A DNA stretch of 30,814 nucleotides. Source: a virus. Its lineage: Duplodnaviria; Caudoviricetes. Under the pieces are notes generated by a model. It made no database searches. It was not told the DNA's origin and saw only the letters and a program-made list of their open reading frames with translations. Below, piece after piece: positions 23,960 through 30,814 of the stretch; the first letter of the stretch is position 1, and every line of letters begins with the position of its first letter. A program made the translations under genes and the position numbers. The stretch is taken from positions 1 through 30,814 of the IMG/VR virus record IMGVR_UViG_3300025356_000006; one strand, given 5' to 3'.

Positions 23960-25590
23960 TATTGCACCGCTTTCAAATCTGCTTTCTTTTCTTTTGGAGA
24001 CTGAGGAGCGGCTTGTTGTTGTTGTGGTTGCATCGCCTCACGCTTTTTAAGTTTTTCGATAAGCAATTGTTTCATAGGTGGTTCAAGCAAGTCAAGCAAT
24101 GATTCTTTGTCAATGGCTTGGGCTTTGAAAAGATTAAACGCCAATTGACGCAAATCTTCTGTAAATATTGGTGAATTAGAGTGAGCGTCCACTTTGACCG
24201 TGTAATCTTTGGTGAACTGTTCAGCAATAAATTGATTGCCGTCTTGATCTGTAAGATGTGTTTTGTCATAGGCTTGCATCAGACGCAAATAAAGTGTTGC
24301 CACTTTTTCTAAACTATCTTCAACCACCAGAGCGCGTTTTTTAGCTCTTGAAGAACCAAGGCGAGCCAGTTGTGAGGCGTGTCCTGCCGAGCGCACACCT
24401 TGTTCACCGCGACCAGACAAAATAGCTGAAATGCCTGAGGCTTCCTCAAACATAGCGTCTACTTCTTTGATGACTTCAAAAAGTTCTGACGGCATATTGG
24501 GAGCAAGGCGATCTACTTTGGCGTTAGGCATATCGGACATTAAGAGTCCACCAGCTCGGTTTAGCGCAAAGTTTTTCTCATCCAAAATGCCGGTAAAGCC
24601 AGACAAAGCAGTTGGCGGATTGACTTGTTTAGATAGCAAATCTTGAATTTCTGCCATGCGAGAATTTCTAAGTTCTTGCAGTTGTACAAGTCTTTGAACT
24701 TCAGATTGTCCCCAGTAATAGTCGTACTGAGGGTTAGGACAAATCTGAATAAAAGGTAGTTCACCTTTTAGAAAAACGCTTTCTCCGGTGCGGTCGTAAA
24801 TGACCACATCTGGGTCTGCCATAGTGACCATTTGATAGTCACGGGTAGCGTCATTCCAAACCCAAAGTTCATACATCTTAACGGTATCTTCGGCAACTCT
24901 GGCTTTGTATCTGTTGTAGCCGGAGAGATTAATATCCACATTTCCGTAGAGCTGTGGATTGGTGGAAGACATAATAATTTGTTCTACGCCGTCTGGGATG
25001 TCTTCTGAGCGTGTATGCACAGCGCTTGAAACCCGCTTGACTATTTCTTCGCGCTTGGGGTGCGAGTAAAGGCGGTTGTAAAGTTCCGACTTAGTGATGT
25101 AGTAAGTTTGAACAATGGCTTCTTGTCTGTCGGTGTAGGGAGCGTCTTCTCTCAGCACTCCCATCGTGGCTGGTTCGACCATATAGGGGTGAATGCCACC
25201 GCGCATGACGAGCTTGATATAGCTGGTGTTGTAGACAAGCGCCCAGTTAAGAGCGGATGAAAACACTTGATCTGCATTTGAATTGAGCCATTCATCGTTC
25301 AATGAACTGGTCAACTTAGGAATTTTAATTTGTTCGGTGTGATGAACACCGGCGCCTAAATTGATTGAAAACCTAGTTGTTTCTGCGGAATACAAAAAAC
25401 TGGTTAGTTGGTCTATATGGGGGAAAATTTTGTTAAACAAAGCCGGTGCATCATTGGGTCCGTTGCCAAAGAGAAACCAACTTCTAAGAGACGAGTAATC
25501 CGACTTTCTTTCTTCCAAAGACACTTGACACTTAAGAATCAGGTCTTTATAAAACCATTCTCTGTGTAGAGCGTCTGATGGTATTTTCAT
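23959..25590 (-). CDS. Portal protein
   Basis: 543 aa between terminase and scaffold/capsid. LPFIQI.P....YYWGQS.V..L..LQ...N, EASGIS..LSG and a Q-rich tail fit podoviral portals. Confidence 0.8.
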   Translation of the reverse strand: MKIPSDALHREWFYKDLILKCQVSLEERKSDYSSLRSWFLFGNGPNDAPALFNKIFPHIDQLTSFLYSAETTRFSINLGAGVHHTEQIKIPKLTSSLNDEWLNSNADQVFSSALNWALVYNTSYIKLVMRGGIHPYMVEPATMGVLREDAPYTDRQEAIVQTYYITKSELYNRLYSHPKREEIVKRVSSAVHTRSEDIPDGVEQIIMSSTNPQLYGNVDINLSGYNRYKARVAEDTVKMYELWVWNDATRDYQMVTMADPDVVIYDRTGESVFLKGELPFIQICPNPQYDYYWGQSEVQRLVQLQELRNSRMAEIQDLLSKQVNPPTALSGFTGILDEKNFALNRAGGLLMSDMPNAKVDRLAPNMPSELFEVIKEVDAMFEEASGISAILSGRGEQGVRSAGHASQLARLGSSRAKKRALVVEDSLEKVATLYLRLMQAYDKTHLTDQDGNQFIAEQFTKDYTVKVDAHSNSPIFTEDLRQLAFNLFKAQAIDKESLLDLLEPPMKQLLIEKLKKREAMQPQQQQAAPQSPKEKKADLKAVQ

Positions 25591-26069
25591 TTGGACGGTA
25601 GTATGTCTTTAGGGATAGAAAGATTTTGATGATCTGGAATATAACTCGCCGTGCGCGGTCCTGTCAAGTTTCCTGCTTCTTTTGGGTTAATTCCTACTTG
25701 TTCTCCTGCAACCGACTTGAACATATTGCCTTTTAAGATACTGCCCATGTTCATTCCGCCTTGACCTCCCCAAATCGCCGCATCTCCCGGTCTACCTTCA
25801 CGCTGTGGTTCAGGGGTATTTGCGTTGTTGCGGGTAAAGTAACCAGATTGATTCTCGCCTTCACGGGCTGTTTTGATGTTGGTCATACCAAAGTCCATAG
25901 CCAATTGTTTGGCATTCTTGTCTGTGGCTTTGGTTTTATCTGATTTTAGCCCCGGAGCTTGTAAAAACACCACCATAACCTCTGATTCGCACCCTTTCAT
26001 AGGGCATTTGGGTGCTCTTGATTCAAAATACCCATGCTTGTCACACTTGTAGTCTTTTAAAACTGCCAT
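25587..26069 (-). CDS. Zinc-ribbon (FmdB-like) protein
   Basis: DYKCDKHGYFE...KCPMKGC at the N-terminus, GAGGGG RBS, ATGA overlap with the portal. Confidence 0.65.
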   Translation of the reverse strand: MAVLKDYKCDKHGYFESRAPKCPMKGCESEVMVVFLQAPGLKSDKTKATDKNAKQLAMDFGMTNIKTAREGENQSGYFTRNNANTPEPQREGRPGDAAIWGGQGGMNMGSILKGNMFKSVAGEQVGINPKEAGNLTGPRTASYIPDHQNLSIPKDILPSK

Positions 26070-26071
26070 TT

Positions 26072-26470
26072 TTATCCCCTTTTAAGTTGCTCATCTAATG
26101 ATTCTTGACTGTAATCGGCTTTATTTTTTAATCCAATTTGCATTTTAATTTGTCCATTCACCATTTTTAACCCCATAGAACGCTTAAGCATGGGTTTTGG
26201 ACGGCTGTGAAAGTCTATAAACTTGGTGTTGTTTTGGTTTTGCATGATTTTTACTTCTCCATTAGCCCAAAGTTGATAACCTTTGTGTACTCTGCGTTGT
26301 ATAAATTCGCTAAGTGGCTCGGTGTGATAAAGAAAAACATCACGAAGTGTAGATACGCTGATTCCGCAAAGGTCTGCAAAAAGAGCAATGCTAATGCCTC
26401 GGTTCTTATCTTTCAAGAATCGACGCATTAAAACCATCATTTGACGTCTAGGGATTGGTTGGTCCACCAT
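26072..26470 (-). CDS. Hypothetical protein with possible HTH
   Basis: Likely start ATG 26470, overlapping the terL end. SIALFADLCGISVSTLRDV resembles an XRE-type HTH. Confidence 0.6.
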   Translation of the reverse strand: MVDQPIPRRQMMVLMRRFLKDKNRGISIALFADLCGISVSTLRDVFLYHTEPLSEFIQRRVHKGYQLWANGEVKIMQNQNNTKFIDFHSRPKPMLKRSMGLKMVNGQIKMQIGLKNKADYSQESLDEQLKRG

Positions 26471-28220
26471 AAATGCCAATTTGTTTAAGGTAATTAGAAA
26501 CATTTTTGCCAACAGCAATTTGTTCAGGCGTTTTATCTTCTTGTTTACGAGATATTGCTTTGCTTAACTTAGACGCAATAAGCCGAGGTTGAACTTGTTC
26601 GGCGTATGCGGCGCTTGCAAGGGCAAGAGCAATAACTCTATCGTCTTTGTTTCTGCCAGAGGCTTGAATACTAGAACCTTCACGAGTGATGGTTTTCATT
26701 TCCTCTAAGGTGTCCATGTCATAGACGTCTAACATACCGCGTTCAAAAAGGTCTTTGGTATAGGTAAGCATCCGTTCTTTGGTGGCTTGGGTAGTTGCCC
26801 ATCCAATTGAGCCGGATAAACCGCTCATGTTGTCGTTGCGCCTCCAAATGTAATTGGACATGGAGCCGTATACATCCATCAATTGCTTGCCAACATTGCC
26901 CGCCATTGCCGCGGCTTGACGGCGCAAGTTTTTGAGTTCGTTAAGTACCGCTTGACCGGGACCATTGATTTCGAGGTTAAGGGTTGAGTTTTTGTAAGCA
27001 CCAGCTAGGTGAGCAATAACCCAAGCAAATTGAAAGACGTTCATTTCAGAGGTTGCAAAGACGGCTACTTGTTCCATGCCATCAGAGTAGCAACGACATA
27101 CTTGAATACAAAATCGGTCTGCCCAGTCTGACGAGCCGTATGCTGGATCAGCGCCAATTGTGTAATAAGCGGTGTCAATGGGTTCTTCAAAGATTTTAAG
27201 TGTTGCCATTTTTTCTTTGGAACGAACAACATCGGTGTCTTGGAAGTTGGCTCCAAAGACGTATCGGTAATAGTCTGGGACAATCTTTTTGGCGATTTTG
27301 GCGGCATCGGTACACCTCGCGTTTGAGAAAAATGACAAACCTGACATCACAAAAGCATAGTCTTCTGTGGGTGGAAACTCTTGATACATAAGAGATTCAT
27401 CTTTAATGCCTTCAGCAAGTTTCCAGCGCCACCAAGCCATTTGCCTTGAATTGATTTCAAAGTTGTAGAGTTTTTTAATATCTTTGGTCCACTCTTTTTC
27501 TTCAGGTGTGAGGCGTCCATCCCAGTAAGTTTTGTAGACATCGGTGCTTGCGTCTGCCGAGTAGAACTCATTTCTCCACCATCCGCAAAAAATGGCGCGT
27601 TGGGTACGCGCTCTTTTGGCGGTGACGTACATATCGTGGAACATATTAAATCCGCGAGCTGTGGATTCAAAGATGTAGAGACGGTTGGGGTTGGATTCAG
27701 CGAGGGAGGCTAAGAGTGAAGCCAAGCCTTCTTCGTCACCCCAAGAACTTGTTTCAGTGCCGTGTAGGTAGGTAATTGCCTTACCGCGACCCAGACTACC
27801 TTTAGCTCTAAGTCCAGCGACTTGATAAAAGAGGCGGCTTCTGTTTTTGAGAGAAAGCTGGTTACGGTTGTGTGCGACGAGAGGGATTTTGTATTCTTTA
27901 GGCAAACCGTCCATATACATGGCAAGGGTGGAGCGAAACATATCTCGGTTTTCTTCGGTGTCGGTTGTGAGTGTTCCTTGAAGTCCGTTGTGGATAAAGT
28001 GCCAGTAGAGGTCGAGCGCAAGAGAGATGGTTGTAATTCCAAGTTGACGTCCTTTTAAGATAACAAAAAAATGGACATCTTCTTCCAAGCCTTTGGATAT
28101 TTCGTCCATCACATAAGTTTGCGTTCCAAGGAGGCGGTCCATGTTCTTTAGACCTTCCTCTTTGGTTTCAATCTTGAGTTGAGCGCAAAATGCGTAAAAC
28201 TGTTTAAGATTAAATTTCAT
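26448..28220 (-). CDS. terL: Terminase large subunit
   Basis: Walker A-type ILKGRQLGITT, GRG..ITYLHGTE (Walker B position), coupling motif ESTARG, and RNase H-like nuclease motifs IGADPA and KDDRV. Confidence 0.92.
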   Translation of the reverse strand: MKFNLKQFYAFCAQLKIETKEEGLKNMDRLLGTQTYVMDEISKGLEEDVHFFVILKGRQLGITTISLALDLYWHFIHNGLQGTLTTDTEENRDMFRSTLAMYMDGLPKEYKIPLVAHNRNQLSLKNRSRLFYQVAGLRAKGSLGRGKAITYLHGTETSSWGDEEGLASLLASLAESNPNRLYIFESTARGFNMFHDMYVTAKRARTQRAIFCGWWRNEFYSADASTDVYKTYWDGRLTPEEKEWTKDIKKLYNFEINSRQMAWWRWKLAEGIKDESLMYQEFPPTEDYAFVMSGLSFFSNARCTDAAKIAKKIVPDYYRYVFGANFQDTDVVRSKEKMATLKIFEEPIDTAYYTIGADPAYGSSDWADRFCIQVCRCYSDGMEQVAVFATSEMNVFQFAWVIAHLAGAYKNSTLNLEINGPGQAVLNELKNLRRQAAAMAGNVGKQLMDVYGSMSNYIWRRNDNMSGLSGSIGWATTQATKERMLTYTKDLFERGMLDVYDMDTLEEMKTITREGSSIQASGRNKDDRVIALALASAAYAEQVQPRLIASKLSKAISRKQEDKTPEQIAVGKNVSNYLKQIGIYGGPTNP

Positions 28221-28473
28221 GATATACGCCGCGCCAACAAATATCTTGTGATGACAAAGGGGTGCCGTTGCCGCGTATCCACTCTTTGCCGTTCCAAGTT
28301 GACATCACAGCCAAGGATTCCGAACCAATGATGTATAAACCGTTTCTGACTGGTTTGATGTGAGAGGGAAACCAATCTGTTAACGTCAAACCTTTCCAGC
28401 AAGGTTGACCCTTTTGATTGTGTTTTACCCATCTTTTTGTGTTCATCAATTGTTCCTTGTTTATTTTTCCCAA
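28210..28473 (-). CDS. Trp-rich hypothetical phage protein
   Basis: TDWFP..IKPVRNGLY...WNG..W...WRG pattern. Overlaps both neighbours; start uncertain. Confidence 0.65.
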   Translation of the reverse strand: MGKINKEQLMNTKRWVKHNQKGQPCWKGLTLTDWFPSHIKPVRNGLYIIGSESLAVMSTWNGKEWIRGNGTPLSSQDICWRGVYHEI

Positions 28474-29189
28474 GGCATGACTGCCCCGTATTTGTCTTTC
28501 ATGAACTGATGACCGGCATCAAAAAATTCTTTGGTGACGGATTGTTCATTGCCGCCAAGTCGAAAGTTAAAAGTGTGTTCTTTGGTTGAGCAGTAGTTGG
28601 GAAAGAGTTGTTTAGCCACATGATAAAACTCTCTGTCTACGCCCCATTTGTTTTGACCAAGGACAATGGCTATTTTCTTTAAGCACTCGGTCTTCATGCC
28701 CCACATACACCAGTCGACAAAGTTGGTGTTGTCGTTGTCCATTAAGTTCCAAGGCTTGTGGAGGTCGCCAAGCGCTTCGCATCTGTCGTTAAAGAGGTAG
28801 AAGCCGTCTTTGTCGTGAATGCTTCTAAGGGAGTACGCCCAGTCAACGCCGAGGTCTATTTTGTGCATGATGGATTCCACATGGTCTGCATCATAGCCAT
28901 CGTCATCATTGCAAAAGAAAGTGACGTCTTCGTTGATGAGGTGGGGCGCGGCGGCAAGCCAACGTCTGCCGTCTAAGCCGTTGCCTCCAATGTAGCCGTC
29001 CCAGTAGCAAAGGTGGGTGCGCTCATTGGCGTACTTGTCAAACATCTGGCGGTAGTTGATGTAGGGCACGACTGCATCAACAAGAATGTAATGTTGAACC
29101 GGGAAGGTCTGCAATTGAATTGATTTAACGCAGTCTTCCAGTTCTGCTCGGTTTGTGGTCACGGTCACGACCGCGGCTGTCATAGTCAT
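28461..29189 (-). CDS. Glycosyltransferase family 2-like (GT-A)
   Basis: AVVTVT..R..LEDCVKSIQLQT...HYILVD N-terminus, FFCNDDD (DxD) and a GVDREF motif. Confidence 0.8.
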   Translation of the reverse strand: MTMTAAVVTVTTNRAELEDCVKSIQLQTFPVQHYILVDAVVPYINYRQMFDKYANERTHLCYWDGYIGGNGLDGRRWLAAAPHLINEDVTFFCNDDDGYDADHVESIMHKIDLGVDWAYSLRSIHDKDGFYLFNDRCEALGDLHKPWNLMDNDNTNFVDWCMWGMKTECLKKIAIVLGQNKWGVDREFYHVAKQLFPNYCSTKEHTFNFRLGGNEQSVTKEFFDAGHQFMKDKYGAVMPWEK

Positions 29190-29424
29190 CGTTATCCCCT
29201 AATTGCCAATTTGCTATTGCTTCGCAAGTGTCTCTGTTTTTGGCACAGCGTATCAGTTCGTTGTACCGAGTTTGACTGTATTTTTCTTTCCACTCTTTTG
29301 CAAGAAAAATTTTAGCTTTGTCATTGGTGCAAGTCAGCGCTCGGCGCAACTCATAACGAATGACTTGTTGATGAGCTAATTTTTCTTTAGCCCATGATTC
29401 TTCTTGTTCAGATGAAACTGCCAT
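29125..29424 (-). CDS. Hypothetical protein
   Basis: Likely start ATG 29424. Its 3' end overlaps the GT2 gene by 65 nt. Confidence 0.65.
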   Translation of the reverse strand: MAVSSEQEESWAKEKLAHQQVIRYELRRALTCTNDKAKIFLAKEWKEKYSQTRYNELIRCAKNRDTCEAIANWQLGDNDDYDSRGRDRDHKPSRTGRLR

Positions 29425-29635
29425 CAATCTCAAGGAGCGCTTTTAATCTCTCTACTTCTTTGTGAGCATCCATGAGGAGTTTTGCAGACTCCGTATGAAC
29501 CCTAAGTAACTCTTGAAACAATTGGTCATGGTTCATGCTGTACACACGCTCCATGTATGCTCGTTTCATATCGTCTGCTGAAAGTGTCATTAGGATGTTG
29601 TGTCCATTGACGTTGCCATTTAGTTCTGTCGCCAT
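29408..29635 (-). CDS. Hypothetical coiled-coil protein
   Basis: AGGAG RBS, 75 aa. Confidence 0.7.
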   Translation of the reverse strand: MATELNGNVNGHNILMTLSADDMKRAYMERVYSMNHDQLFQELLRVHTESAKLLMDAHKEVERLKALLEIDGSFI

Positions 29636-29832
29636 ACTCTGACTCCTCCTTCCTCGCGTCTTGCGATAAATTTAAAACCCAACTTCTTGCCTGCTCGGTA
29701 ATTGTTGTTGCAAACCACTTGCAGTTTGCCACCCACAACAAAAAATGAATCTCCAACCGTCATGTTTTTATAAGGATAACGCACCTTACCTTTTGGCAAA
29801 GGCACTTCTTTCTCAATAATTAAACTAATCAT
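29620..29832 (-). CDS. Small putative DNA-binding protein (70 aa), first gene of the late unit
   Basis: ATG 29832 after GGGGA. IEKEVPLP...YPY..M.VGDSFFV...GVRVWR pattern recognised from small phage proteins; the DNA-binding role is inferred. Confidence 0.65.
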   Translation of the reverse strand: MISLIIEKEVPLPKGKVRYPYKNMTVGDSFFVVGGKLQVVCNNNYRAGKKLGFKFIARREEGGVRVWRQN

Positions 29833-29861
29833 CTTTATATCCCCGTTTAACAATGTGATGT

Positions 29862-29890
29862 AATATAACACACTTAACCTCAACTATCAA
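29862..29890 (-). promoter_or_regulatory. Sigma70-like promoter of the packaging/structural unit
   Basis: TTGATA (29890-29885)-17 nt-TATATT (29867-29862) with an extended TGn, in the divergent intergenic gap. Confidence 0.7.
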
Positions 29891-29898
29891 GGACTACT

Positions 29899-30603
29899 AT
29901 GATACGCACTTATAACGAATATCATTTGGGTGACCAGTTAATCCATCTCAACTATCTGCGCCGCTTAGGTCTTCCAGCAACGCATTACTGCAAGGCGGAG
30001 TATCACAAGCAATTACAGCCCTTAGTCTTGGGCACAGACATAGTCCTTATGGACCTACCAGCCAAGCCAGAGGACGCTGTGAACGCTTGGATAGGGGCGG
30101 ATAACTACTTCTACAACCATCCCATGAAGAAGCACTGGGTTGAGTTTCATTTGGATTGGTTTGAGCATCTGAGCAACACCCTTGGGGTGCCAATTGTTAT
30201 GGTTTCACAAGATGATCTACTCTTTGACTACCCCGCACTTATGGCAATTCAATCCGAGCAGTACGACTATCTCATCATCAATAGCCCACCTAAGAGCAAC
30301 CAGCTACCCAGCTTCAACCAAGAAGCCTTCAAAAGAATGGCTCAGGAACTCCTTGACCAAGGACATACCGTAATCAGCACATATCCCCTGCAAATATGCC
30401 CAAATACGCTTGAAAAAGGCTTAGATGTGACCCAAATCGGCATCCTTTCCAAGGCAGTCCAACACATCATAGCCGTGGATACCGGGCCCCTGTGGACCAC
30501 CTATAACGTCCACAATAAGGGTAAAGTGCTCAGTAGAACCGTTTATCACAAGTTTATGAAGACCGGTATGCTCAATACAGACTACCGGCAAGAACTAATC
30601 TAA
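29899..30603 (+). CDS. GT-B glycosyltransferase-like protein (GT9/heptosyltransferase-like)
   Basis: N-terminal HLGDQLI and C-terminal IIAVDTGPLW motifs match the GT9 pattern (xGD...DTGPxH, here W). AAGGA RBS. Confidence 0.6.
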   Translation: MIRTYNEYHLGDQLIHLNYLRRLGLPATHYCKAEYHKQLQPLVLGTDIVLMDLPAKPEDAVNAWIGADNYFYNHPMKKHWVEFHLDWFEHLSNTLGVPIVMVSQDDLLFDYPALMAIQSEQYDYLIINSPPKSNQLPSFNQEAFKRMAQELLDQGHTVISTYPLQICPNTLEKGLDVTQIGILSKAVQHIIAVDTGPLWTTYNVHNKGKVLSRTVYHKFMKTGMLNTDYRQELI

Positions 30604-30785
30604 GCAAAAACATGAATTTTTTTTGGGGGGAGATGGGAGGTGTACTCGTCCAAACCCAAACCCAAGTCCATTCGAGTTTACGCGCATCAAACGCGCGAGA
30701 GAATGCCGCGGCATCATCCAATAATTGACCATATTAAGCAGGGCGCCGGGTATCGGTTAGCGTTAAGTGCTTTGCATGCGTTACC

Positions 30786-30802
30786 CAAATATTAAATATT
30801 TG
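30786..30802. repeat. 17-bp inverted repeat
   Basis: CAAATATT-A-AATATTTG in non-coding DNA. Confidence 0.6.
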
Positions 30803-30814
30803 AAAGAATAGAAT

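Noticed and set aside
2945-28976. Many + strand ORFs (e.g. 2945-3304, 6042-6656, 9377-9871) and nested alternative-frame ORFs
   Set aside because: They are antisense or out-of-frame shadows of well-supported minus-strand genes, without recognisable motifs.
1-30814. tRNA, CRISPR array, integrase, intron/intein, DGR or recoded genetic code
   Set aside because: Intergenic gaps are short and show no cloverleaf or spaced direct repeats. No RT, integrase or homing nuclease motifs were seen, and core genes are intact in the standard code.

Overview
This window is most of a tailed dsDNA bacteriophage genome with podovirus-like organisation. No tape measure or tail tube gene is visible, but there is an adaptor/nozzle pair and four predicted internal (ejection) proteins. 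The + strand at 7-2885 carries a recombination/DNA-metabolism block: RecT-like annealase, HTH domain, SSB-like protein, exported protein, RusA and a GT-A glycosyltransferase-like gene. One tightly coupled minus-strand late unit runs from about 29832 to 2888: small genes, GT2, terminase large subunit, portal, scaffold, major capsid, decoration proteins, adaptor, nozzle, tail fibre with S74 chaperone, beta-helix tailspike, internal proteins, holins, M15 endolysin and small basic proteins. A divergent GT9-like gene sits at the right end. The strongest unexplained signal is a complete -1 programmed ribosomal frameshift cassette at the end of recT (GGAG, 10 nt, A_AAA_AAG, 6 nt, 11-bp stem), predicted to give a 300-aa RecT and a 363-aa RecT-HTH fusion. 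Also notable are a 12-aa (RKx)n micropeptide embedded in a structured RNA region downstream of the portal, a 24-codon gene remnant marking a tailspike swap, and three glycosyltransferases flanking the virion genes. All family calls are from motif recognition by eye; no database searches or folding programs were run.
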